IMG/VR virus record: IMGVR_UViG_3300005529_000009
Span: 827-64,826 of that record
Length of the DNA: 64,000 bases
Source: a virus
Taxonomy: Duplodnaviria > Caudoviricetes
Strand: one strand, 5' to 3'
The notes under the pieces were generated by a model, which was not told the DNA's origin, made no database searches, and saw only the letters and a list, made by a program, of their open reading frames with translations. Below are positions 47,448 to 55,255 of this stretch, in pieces (position 1 is the first letter of the stretch; the number at the start of each line of letters is the position of its first letter). A program made the translations under genes and the position numbers.

Positions 47448-47528
47448 GCCTTCCCCCTCTTTCGTAGGATCCGCGACACCACAACTAACGCTTCCCGGTC
47501 GTCCGCTTGCCTGAATTGTCCGCATGAT

Positions 47529-48053
47529 TCACGATCCATGCGATAACGAATGCCACTTACCTGGCTTTGGTGACTCGCAGTAGAACAGCAGATGTGAAAT
47601 CCAGATGCCTCCATCGCCCCACTTCCAATCCGCTTCATCGGCGGTTTCACTGATAGCCACACAGCGTTCGTAATGCTTGTTTCCGATCGGAACAAAAGCC
47701 TTCGCGCGACGACCAGGTGAGCGGTCTACGAATCGCGTCAGCCGTTGCATCTTCGGCATGGCTGCATAGCGGCGCTGGGTCGCTAGCCTGTTCCGCTCCG
47801 CATCGCATGCGTCCACCACTTCAGCGATCGTCGGCGGCCACTTGGTGCGCCGCTGCAAGCCCTTTCGCGGGTCCGTCACAGCGATAATCACATCGTCCTC
47901 GTAGCCTTCCAGAACCACGCCAAGCTGCACAACGAACCCCTCTGGATCAGCAAAATCATCCTTTCGGTAGGCTGAGAAAAGGATTTTCACTTGGCGCTTG
48001 ATCAGCGTCGCCTTCAGGGAGTTTGTCGATCGCGTCGAGGATAGAGCGTCCAT
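47529..48053 (-). CDS. replication-associated protein (helicase-loader position)
   Basis: DPEGF..., KWPPTIAEV; follows the initiator gene. Confidence 0.6.
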   Translation of the reverse strand: MDALSSTRSTNSLKATLIKRQVKILFSAYRKDDFADPEGFVVQLGVVLEGYEDDVIIAVTDPRKGLQRRTKWPPTIAEVVDACDAERNRLATQRRYAAMPKMQRLTRFVDRSPGRRAKAFVPIGNKHYERCVAISETADEADWKWGDGGIWISHLLFYCESPKPGKWHSLSHGS

Positions 48054-48762
48054 TGCCGTTAACTCGTTGTGTGGGTTGCATTTGCAGCGGCGAACGGCAC
48101 CAATTGCGCCACGCCGCATTCCAATCGGCGTAGGTTTTTTTATGCGCCTTCGCGTAGTCGAAAAACCGTTGAATTTCTTGGTTTATTCGCGATTCCGGCC
48201 AACCCATTGAGCGCGGCAATTCACGATCAGGGTTGAAAATGGCCGGCAATTGCGTTTTTGGTTTTCGCCGCCCACTAGCTTGCTCCTCTTGAGTTTCCTC
48301 TAGGTCCAAAGAGGTAGCCGAGGAAGAGCTAGAAACTATATTCCATTGGGCTTTATCCTCCCCGTTATCGGGTGGCTTAAGAGGGGGGTTAACCCCCCCG
48401 TTATGGGCAGACTTTAATTTGGGATTACCGCCCCCTTTACCGTTCTCGCGATCCTGTTGCTCTCTGAGGTTATCCCGCACCATTCGACGCGAATAAATAA
48501 TACCGTCCTCCGTTCGGCTGAACACTCCATGCTTTTCAAGCTCGCTCATAGCTTTCTTCACTTCGGCTACAGGACGAGCGAGTTGCAGCGCGAGTTCATC
48601 TATCGGCATGTCGCCGCCCTCAAAGACCAGATGACCGTATGGCTCGGCTTCGTGCATGTATGTCATTAGGTCGATCCAAAGCCCGCGCGCGGACAAGGAA
48701 CACCGGCGTAACTGTTTGTCTCGCCAGTCGGCGACATAGAACTTGAGCCAGGGTCGAATCAA
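47956..48762 (-). CDS. phage replication initiator protein (lambda O-like position)
   Basis: RPWLKFYVADW, SLSARGLWIDL, YSRRMVRD and DWNAAWRNW; TTG start overlaps the HNH stop. Confidence 0.8.
   Translation of the reverse strand: MIRPWLKFYVADWRDKQLRRCSLSARGLWIDLMTYMHEAEPYGHLVFEGGDMPIDELALQLARPVAEVKKAMSELEKHGVFSRTEDGIIYSRRMVRDNLREQQDRENGKGGGNPKLKSAHNGGVNPPLKPPDNGEDKAQWNIVSSSSSATSLDLEETQEEQASGRRKPKTQLPAIFNPDRELPRSMGWPESRINQEIQRFFDYAKAHKKTYADWNAAWRNWCRSPLQMQPTQRVNGNGRSILDAIDKLPEGDADQAPSENPFLSLPKG
48350..48478. other. candidate replication origin inside the initiator gene
   Basis: Palindrome GGGGGGTTAACCCCCC (48383-48398) plus repeated CCCGTTAT/TTACCG/TTATCC motifs. Confidence 0.45.
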
Positions 48763-49088
48763 AAAGCCGCTCCCTTCGCGGAGTTGCACGGCGAACAAAG
48801 TGGCTGAAGGTTATAGATACAGTCACATCCACCACGGGAAACTGGGTGGATATGGTCTTTGACCAAGGGTAAATCTGTGCGACCGCATTCAACGCATTTG
48901 GCTATCTTATCTCTCAAGGCGATCCATTCTTGCTTAGTGTGAGTTCCGCGCGCTCGCGCTTGAGCCATTCGGAATTTACGCCAATCACTTGGCGTGCAAT
49001 TCCAAGGTTGTACTTTCCCATCGTAGCCATAGGCCCTGACAGGAAATTCTTCGCTCAACGGCCAGGGAGGCGTCCAAGGACGGTTCAT
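48759..49088 (-). CDS. HNH endonuclease inserted at the initiator start
   Basis: CVECG, KDHIHPVSRGG and NLQPLCSPCNS.K. Confidence 0.85.
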   Translation of the reverse strand: MNRPWTPPWPLSEEFPVRAYGYDGKVQPWNCTPSDWRKFRMAQARARGTHTKQEWIALRDKIAKCVECGRTDLPLVKDHIHPVSRGGCDCIYNLQPLCSPCNSAKGAAF

Positions 49089-49492
49089 GCTTTAAGGACT
49101 CTCTCCAGTTCGATAAGCTCGCGATCAAGCGCTTCATCGGTTTTCCGAAGCGCAGCAATTTTTCTAAATGCGTGAAGGCAGGTGGTATGGTCCCGCCCTC
49201 CTAAGCCCCTGCCCATTTGCGGAAAGCTCATCGGCGTTAGAGTGCGCGCGAGATAGAACGCCACATGCCGAGGCCGTAGACATTCAAAAGTCCGACGCAC
49301 ACTCACCAGGTCGTGATATGTCACATCATAAAATCTACAAACCGCATCAGCGATTTGCTTGAGCGTCGGATATGGCCGCTCCGGCTCTTTCCTAAGTTCT
49401 GCTATTTCAGCAGAAAGTGCCGCAATGACGCCTTGGCTCAATTCCAGCTTCCTTTTCGTAATAGCCAATTCCTCTTCCAGCGATGCGGGCAT
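49085..49492 (-). CDS. DnaA C-terminal (domain IV) HTH protein
   Basis: PRHVAFYLAR.LT..SFPQMGR.LGGRDHTT.LHA.RKI. Confidence 0.85.
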   Translation of the reverse strand: MPASLEEELAITKRKLELSQGVIAALSAEIAELRKEPERPYPTLKQIADAVCRFYDVTYHDLVSVRRTFECLRPRHVAFYLARTLTPMSFPQMGRGLGGRDHTTCLHAFRKIAALRKTDEALDRELIELERVLKA

Positions 49493-49752
49493 CACTCCAC
49501 CACCCAATCAATCTCCGGCACCAGATTGTCACACAACGGCCGGATGTCCTTCATTGTCGGCTTGCAGACACACTCATCACTCACCTGGCACCACGTGTAG
49601 GCTATCTCCTCCCAGCTCTTGGCTTGATGCTGGAGATAGGTGATTTCAGTCTGTGCTCGCTTTAAGCGGATGTGCTCAAAGAGGAATAGTGTTGTTTGCC
49701 CAATTAAAGCCAGAGCAATGAGCGTGAGTGCGAAGGTCACCTGAATCCCCAC
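49492..49752 (-). CDS. hypothetical membrane-anchored protein
   Basis: N-terminal TM helix. Confidence 0.5.
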   Translation of the reverse strand: MGIQVTFALTLIALALIGQTTLFLFEHIRLKRAQTEITYLQHQAKSWEEIAYTWCQVSDECVCKPTMKDIRPLCDNLVPEIDWVVE

Positions 49753-50384
49753 GGCACATACGAATCATGCCGATACGCGGTCCTGGTATGATTCAAACAG
49801 TACGGCCGACCGCTGGTCATGTCGGCGGTCGGACAACCGCAAAAGAAAAAGTCGGGTTGCCCCGGCTCGCCATAGGGAAACCGGCAGCTACAGTTCTCCA
49901 ACTCCATCAGCGTCTTGCGTTGGGAAACTGGAATGTCAGCGGGGGAAAGATTTTCCTCGACCGGCAGGAAAACAGAATCGATTATTCGGTGAGAATACGC
50001 ACCCCACCGGATCAACCGTTGCACCTTTTCAGGCTGCGCTCTCTTGACTCTGACTTTCTTCGGTCGTGCTTCCAGCTTTTTTATCTTTTCGGATACACGC
50101 TCCGGCCGGATGCCTAATGCCAAAGCAATTTCTGTAACTGATTTTCCTTCGGCTTTAAGTTCTTTGAGAAGTTTAACCCGATCCGGGAACCAAATGCTCT
50201 TGACGACATTAGCTAGTCGTATGCCTCGCCTATTACATTGGCCGATGATAGCGTTCCTCGAGACGCCCATTTCCCGGCCGATTTCGCTGGCAGACAATCC
50301 CTGCTCAGCAAAAATCTTTAGCTGATTGATCCTCTCATCGGACCAGGTGACACGTAAGTCTCTTGGCTCGTAGGCGAGCGCCAT
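49737..50384 (-). CDS. gcrA: GcrA cell-cycle regulator homologue
   Basis: WSDERI..LK....GLSASEIG..MGVSRNAIIG; LMELE..CRFP.GEP...FFFCG and PYC..H. Confidence 0.85.
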   Translation of the reverse strand: MALAYEPRDLRVTWSDERINQLKIFAEQGLSASEIGREMGVSRNAIIGQCNRRGIRLANVVKSIWFPDRVKLLKELKAEGKSVTEIALALGIRPERVSEKIKKLEARPKKVRVKRAQPEKVQRLIRWGAYSHRIIDSVFLPVEENLSPADIPVSQRKTLMELENCSCRFPYGEPGQPDFFFCGCPTADMTSGRPYCLNHTRTAYRHDSYVPWGFR

Positions 50385-50447
50385 AGCCCCTCTCTGTCCG
50401 GCCCCTCAGCCGGGGTTAATTAACTCAGGCCGTTTTAACTGCTAGAA

Positions 50448-50828
50448 TTATCCATCGACTTCACACAGGTTTCTGAACGCAAACTCAAAACTCGTCAGTT
50501 CAAGGTCTAGTAGGCTGTCCTTTGTTCGGAGTTGTTCGATTATTCGAATACCGCGCAGAACGGTCGTGCTCCTTCGATCAAACCTTCGCGCGATAGCCGG
50601 ATAGGTAAGTCCCGTTAGTTCCTTAGCCAGATACATCGCTATTCTTCGCGCCCGCACGATTTTCTTGTGGCGCTCTTTGGATTCGATGTCGGCTAGAGGA
50701 ATCCAATAATATGCCGCTACCGCCCGCTTTATTTGTTTGATGGACAATGGAGCGACACAATTGACGGCAATCTGCGGCGGGATGCCCAAGAGCTTGTGCC
50801 ATTCGATGTGCGTGGTGTGGAGGCTCAT
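50448..50828 (-). CDS. second DnaA domain IV HTH protein
   Basis: IK.AVA.YY.I....I.S..R...IVRAR.IAMYL.KELT..TYP.IAR.F.R..TTV. Confidence 0.8.
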   Translation of the reverse strand: MSLHTTHIEWHKLLGIPPQIAVNCVAPLSIKQIKRAVAAYYWIPLADIESKERHKKIVRARRIAMYLAKELTGLTYPAIARRFDRRSTTVLRGIRIIEQLRTKDSLLDLELTSFEFAFRNLCEVDG

Positions 50829-51553
50829 TGCGGCCTCACAAAAGGATGGGCCAGCACTTGGGGAATGCTGGCCCGCTGCCGCCTGCTGTTTTCGAGGGGC
50901 TGGCGACAGGTCAGGATAGAATTGAGTGCAGCACGGCCAATGTAATCGGCATATGCTGGCGGTATTGCTTGCGACAACTCCATGCCGCTCATCCAATCAA
51001 TGTCCATCGCTTGCCGCCGCTCTTCAGTCGAATAATCCTGGGTATTGGTTTTCCGCCGGCGATCACGCCCGTGGCCTCCATAAACGCCAATAACACGCGC
51101 TCGTTGACCATGGCGGCAGAAACGGATCGGTATTAGAAAGTTTGCTTCAATGTGGCGATGTCGCCAGATCTCGGCGTCGTCTGTGCCGAGGTCAAATTGC
51201 GTTCCGCAAAGCATGATGGAAGATCGCAACGGTGCCCCGACCACATTTTCTATTGCGAACAGCTTGCCGCTCGTCTCCAGAAGATCTCTGGTCGGCGGAA
51301 TCAAATCAGGGTGCTTCTTGGCATTCCATGCGGATTTGAGATCTGAATGCGCCTGGCACGGCGGACTCGCCCAAATGAAATCGAACTCATCCAGGTTAAG
51401 CGGCGGCCGTAGAGCGTCGGCTTGTATGAAAGCATCGCCGCAATATCGTCGCTGCGGCTTGATATCGATCCCGGTAACGTGGAAGCCCGCACGCTGCAGA
51501 CCTTTGGTCGCGCCACCCGCACCGCAAAAAAGATCGAGGGCGCGGGGTTTCAT
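50825..51553 (-). CDS. C5 cytosine DNA methyltransferase
   Basis: LDLFCGAGG, WASPPCQ and IENV. Confidence 0.85.
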   Translation of the reverse strand: MKPRALDLFCGAGGATKGLQRAGFHVTGIDIKPQRRYCGDAFIQADALRPPLNLDEFDFIWASPPCQAHSDLKSAWNAKKHPDLIPPTRDLLETSGKLFAIENVVGAPLRSSIMLCGTQFDLGTDDAEIWRHRHIEANFLIPIRFCRHGQRARVIGVYGGHGRDRRRKTNTQDYSTEERRQAMDIDWMSGMELSQAIPPAYADYIGRAALNSILTCRQPLENSRRQRASIPQVLAHPFVRPQ

Positions 51554-51640
51554 GCGATGCCCTCGCAATAGGATCGGCGGAGCGGTAGGCCGCGAGTGGC
51601 CTGCTCCTGTCGGGAGTGGAAGCCCCGCCCCGCCGAACTG

Positions 51641-52006
51641 TTATTTCCAGAGAGTGGATAGAATATTCCTGGCCTGACAGACCAACAGCCACCACCGTAC
51701 ATCGCTGTTGCGCATGATGTACTCGAGGACACGCGGCCCGTCGTCAGTGCGAAGCAATAATGCGAGAACTCTAGCCGGTGGCTCGCTTTCGGCAGCAGCC
51801 CAAGCCCGGCAGGTTCGTTCGCTGTATCCGGTGTGATTGTGAATGTGGGCTGGGACTTTGAATTGCCACAGCTCTCGCGCCATGACTGCAAACCATTCGG
51901 CCTGCGGCAGGATCTTGCCACGATCGGGTAAAGCCGAACTGTTGCGGCATGATTCCGCCGCGGATTTGGTTGCAGCAACATCAACCTTGCCTAAAGGTTC
52001 AGACAT
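51641..52006 (-). CDS. hypothetical DNA-binding protein (cII position)
   Basis: TGYSERTCRAW HTH-like segment. Confidence 0.55.
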   Translation of the reverse strand: MSEPLGKVDVAATKSAAESCRNSSALPDRGKILPQAEWFAVMARELWQFKVPAHIHNHTGYSERTCRAWAAAESEPPARVLALLLRTDDGPRVLEYIMRNSDVRWWLLVCQARNILSTLWK

Positions 52007-52073
52007 GGAAAACGCCCACCCAGCACACTTACAAAACAAGAAGCCCTTAGTACCGACCACTCAGTCGGCAAAC

Positions 52074-52793
52074 TCACGCACTCACAAACTCCCGCTTAGC
52101 CTTTTCAGCGCGGGCAATAATCAATGCTGTCTCTATAGGTTCGGCTTGACGGCCGATTTTCAGCGCCGCGTCGAGAATGATGGTCGCTGTCGTCCAGACC
52201 TTTCGGGCGTCGGCGGCGTCGGCGGCGTCGGCGGCGTCGGCGGCGGCGTAGGCGGCGGCGTAGGCGGCGTCGGCGGCGTCGGCGGCGTCGGCGGCGGCGT
52301 AGGCGGCGGCGTAGGCGGCGGCGTAGGCGGCGGCGGCGGCGTCGGCGGCGGCGGCTCGCAAAGCATCGCACGCCTTATTCGCCGCAGCATGCGCTTCAAC
52401 TCGCGTCTCGACGCGGTCGCAAATCAGCGCATAGTCTTCAAGTCGATGGAGCCGAAGAACAATCGGCAAAATATCGCGAACGGTGTGAACAGCAATCAAA
52501 TCGGCGCGTTGACGTTCAATTGCTTCTGTGTCCGCCGTTCCTGCCAGGCGCACGACAAACGGGGTGAGCAATTCTTGACGCAGTTCATCAGACATGCGGT
52601 CGTTAAGAGCAAGCGCGTAAGCGGAAATCGGCCGAGAAAAGCATTTTGGCAAATCATCAATTTTTCGGACTTCACGATACTTGAAACCTGCCACGACCAG
52701 CGCAGCTTCATTGATGCACGTCCCGCCATCAGGACCAGGAAATTTGTGCGAACCTTTTAACAAGCGCCATTTCAGAAGATCATGCAGTTCCAT
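52074..52793 (-). CDS. hypothetical protein with low-complexity AAD/AAAY tract
   Basis: L.GSH..P....CINEAA, PISAY...LND; Ala tract. Confidence 0.75.
   Translation of the reverse strand: MELHDLLKWRLLKGSHKFPGPDGGTCINEAALVVAGFKYREVRKIDDLPKCFSRPISAYALALNDRMSDELRQELLTPFVVRLAGTADTEAIERQRADLIAVHTVRDILPIVLRLHRLEDYALICDRVETRVEAHAAANKACDALRAAAADAAAAAYAAAYAAAYAAADAADAADAAYAAAYAAADAADAADAADARKVWTTATIILDAALKIGRQAEPIETALIIARAEKAKREFVSA
52204..52356. repeat. GC-rich coding tandem repeat, (GGCGGCGTC)n and (GGCGGCGGCGTA)n
   Basis: Directly visible 9- and 12-bp units. Confidence 0.9.
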
Positions 52794-52958
52794 TACTCCC
52801 CCCAAATGTCCGGCGTGTTTCTCCACAACATCAACGCAACAAACAACATGCTCGGCGTCAGCGCGACCTCAATCCAAAAGAGGATCGCTTGCGCCGTGGT
52901 CATATCGTTTCCAATCCGACATTTTGGAAACGGAGAAAAAAACGAGCTGTCACAGCGG

Positions 52959-53219
52959 TCATGACGCGGCTCGCTGTTCTTCGGAGAGAGGAAGGAAGTC
53001 TTCGGCTTTCAAATCGATTTTGTGAGTACGTGCGTATTCGAGCAGCGCAACATGATGCCGCTGCGGAATAAGTCCATCAGTACCGCCCCTGCCCCGGGCA
53101 TACTGCCAACTATAGGGAGCCGTTAAACCAGCACCGGTGATCTCTGAAACCTTGGCCTCCCCGCCAAGCTTTTGAACAATCTCGGAAGCCGGATTAAGCC
53201 GTTCTTGCCGCTGTTTCAT
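52959..53219 (-). CDS. Cro-like regulator
   Basis: IVQKLGG..KVS..TG......W.....G.IP; divergent from cI. Confidence 0.75.
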   Translation of the reverse strand: MKQRQERLNPASEIVQKLGGEAKVSEITGAGLTAPYSWQYARGRGGTDGLIPQRHHVALLEYARTHKIDLKAEDFLPLSEEQRAAS

Positions 53220-53229
53220 GCAGCGGTAA

Positions 53230-53303
53230 TTTCGGATTTTCCGAAACGATTGTCAAGCCAAATTTCGGATATTCGTAATTGCCGTCTTTCTGAAAAACAG
53301 AAA
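53230..53303. promoter_or_regulatory. cro/cI operator-promoter region
   Basis: 17-bp operators TTTCGGATTTTCCGAAA (53230-53246) and TTTCTGAAAAACAGAAA (53287-53303), half site at 53263; TTGACA on the - strand at 53251-53256. Confidence 0.8.
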
Positions 53304-53312
53304 GAATTGGCA

Positions 53313-53867
53313 ATGGACATTGAAGCGATTGCGGAAGCGTTTAGAAAAACCGGCAAGAAGAAAAGCGACCTCGCCAAAGTTCTTGGGATCAGCCCATCAG
53401 GCGTAACAGACATTCTTGACGGAACGCGAAAGATAAAGCTCCACGAGGCCCCTAAGATTGCCGCCTTCTTCGGGTGGGGAACCGTCCAGATCGTCGGAAT
53501 TGTCAGGGCCGGGGGGGAGGCCGTTTATCCCCAAGAGGCCAATCTGGGGCTCGTAAAGGCGATTGACGGCACAGGACCCAATACCGTGGCAGTCGAAATC
53601 CAAGGCACAAGTATGGGAACCGAGCTAGACGGGATGATCGTATACTACAACGATGTGCGACATCCGCCTACCGACGATCTCCACCGCCAACTATGCGTTA
53701 TTGGCCTTTCTGACGAAAGAATTGTCCTCAAAAAGCTCGTCCCGACGCGGCGCAAAAAGTTTTTCAATCTCCTATCGACCTCTTCCGATCCGCTTTTGGA
53801 CAAGGAGGTAGAGTGGGCGGCTAAAATTGTCGGGATTTTACCGTCCAGCTTAGTCAAAATCGATTAG
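53313..53867 (+). CDS. CI-like repressor (HTH + S24 peptidase)
   Basis: KSDLAKVLGISPSGVT HTH; GTSM and LKKL catalytic dyad motifs. Confidence 0.9.
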   Translation: MDIEAIAEAFRKTGKKKSDLAKVLGISPSGVTDILDGTRKIKLHEAPKIAAFFGWGTVQIVGIVRAGGEAVYPQEANLGLVKAIDGTGPNTVAVEIQGTSMGTELDGMIVYYNDVRHPPTDDLHRQLCVIGLSDERIVLKKLVPTRRKKFFNLLSTSSDPLLDKEVEWAAKIVGILPSSLVKID

Positions 53868-53871
53868 ACGT

Positions 53872-54198
53872 ATGCTCAAATATATTTCAGCAATTTGCCT
53901 GTGTTTACAATGGCCTATTCAGCCGGCCTTGGCAGACACTACCGGGAATCGCCTGTTTTCCGATTGTGACACTCAGGATCATGATTATTCGGCAACGTGG
54001 GGGCTTTGCTATGGATACATAGAGGGCGTTTTTGATGCATTGGAAGACGTAATGCCAATGTGCGGCTATGCCGGAGTAACAGCGCGGCAACTGCACGATA
54101 TCGTCTATCAATATCTCGAGAGCCACCCAGCGGAACGGCAATTAGACGCCCATTACCTCGTCGCTCGAGCCTTTAAGCAGGCATTTCCATGCAAATAG
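53872..54198 (+). CDS. Rap1a/Tai-family periplasmic immunity protein
   Basis: Signal peptide; TGN.L...C, CYGYI.GV.D, YL..HP..R and AFPC. Confidence 0.85.
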   Translation: MLKYISAICLCLQWPIQPALADTTGNRLFSDCDTQDHDYSATWGLCYGYIEGVFDALEDVMPMCGYAGVTARQLHDIVYQYLESHPAERQLDAHYLVARAFKQAFPCK

Positions 54199-54205
54199 TG
54201 CGCTC

Positions 54206-54403
54206 ATGGTCGCCAGATTAGGTAACGTTCTCTATTGGTTAGGTTGCGCAGCCGCAACCGCAACTTTTGCCATCGGTGTGGGAATATGGGTCACGGATAA
54301 CCCTAGCAATCATCCAGGAACATATTTTCTGGTCATTTTGTTGCTCGCCTGCGTTCCGTGGATCATCGGGCGAGCTTGCCGCTATGTCCTTGCAGGAACA
54401 TGA
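54206..54403 (+). CDS. small two-TM membrane protein
   Basis: RLG.VLYW...GRA.RYVLAG. Confidence 0.65.
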   Translation: MVARLGNVLYWLGCAAATATFAIGVGIWVTDNPSNHPGTYFLVILLLACVPWIIGRACRYVLAGT

Positions 54404-54406
54404 GAA

Positions 54407-54664
54407 TTGTCACGGTCCACTCGCGTTCGATTCTTTCTTAAACCGAACCTGGCGGCACGATCTCTATTGATCCGTCTGATCTTTCAATCTTCCTCGTCCC
54501 ATCCTTCGACCATTGAGTTCGAATTATCCGCGGACGACGCCATGAATTTGATGGACGCCTTGCAAACGGTGCAGCGCCAGACACGCTGGCGTGCACCCCA
54601 GTTTTTCGGTTCCGGGCGCGGGAAGCGCCCGATTTTCCGGATCGTGAAGGACGAGGACGAATAG
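54407..54664 (+). CDS. hypothetical protein
   Basis: ORF track; AGGA upstream. Confidence 0.45.
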   Translation: MSRSTRVRFFLKPNLAARSLLIRLIFQSSSSHPSTIEFELSADDAMNLMDALQTVQRQTRWRAPQFFGSGRGKRPIFRIVKDEDE

Positions 54665-54712
54665 GCATCGACAATGCTTATAGCACGCTGACTTCCGCAT
54701 ATCCAAAATATT

Positions 54713-54765
54713 TTTCGGAATTTCCGAAATTATCTCTTGACCTTTTTCTGATTTTCCGAAATAGT
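54713..54765 (+). promoter_or_regulatory. repressor-controlled early (PL-like) promoter with two operators
   Basis: TTGACC (54737-54742), 17 bp, AATAGT (54760-54765); operators at 54713-54729 and 54745-54761. Confidence 0.8.
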
Positions 54766-54793
54766 GCCCTCCATCAATTCGGAGGGCCATCCT

Positions 54794-55228
54794 ATGAGAC
54801 AGCGCCACAAGATCCGCCAGCCGCGTCGGGAGGCAATTCCGACCAAGCACGTCGCAGCGGAACGTCCCGCTGCAAAGGCCAAGAAAAAACCTCCGCTCAG
54901 CGTCGAAGGCGAGCAAACTAAACAGCGCCTAGATAAATTTCGGCGCGGCGGTCGGTCCAAGAAATACGACGCTGGCGGCTCAGCTCCCGACCCGACAGGC
55001 GGTATGCCGTCCACCCAAGATTTTATTTCGACGCCGAAAGTCAATCCGGTAACGCGCTTCGTTCAAGGAAACATCCCGCCGACGGCGCGCTATTTGAAGC
55101 TCAGCGTTCCGCAAGCTCCGTCCCTACCCACAAAACCCGGCGTCCCGACCTCTGTCCTCCTGAATAACAAGCCGCCTCTTCTGAACAGTAAGCGCGGCGG
55201 CCGGATCGCGCGTCGGAAGAAGTCGTGA
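54794..55228 (+). CDS. basic disordered protein with xGG motifs, related to late head-module proteins
   Basis: GGAGG RBS; EG..TK.RLDKFRRGGR. Confidence 0.75.
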   Translation: MRQRHKIRQPRREAIPTKHVAAERPAAKAKKKPPLSVEGEQTKQRLDKFRRGGRSKKYDAGGSAPDPTGGMPSTQDFISTPKVNPVTRFVQGNIPPTARYLKLSVPQAPSLPTKPGVPTSVLLNNKPPLLNSKRGGRIARRKKS

Positions 55229-55255
55229 CCTTTCAACACATCGGGAGCACGTACC

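Noticed and set aside
51843-52760. 305-aa Gly/Val-repeat ORF on the + strand and the poly-Arg/poly-Pro frames
   Set aside because: Shadows of the GC-rich repeat in the Ala-rich - strand gene
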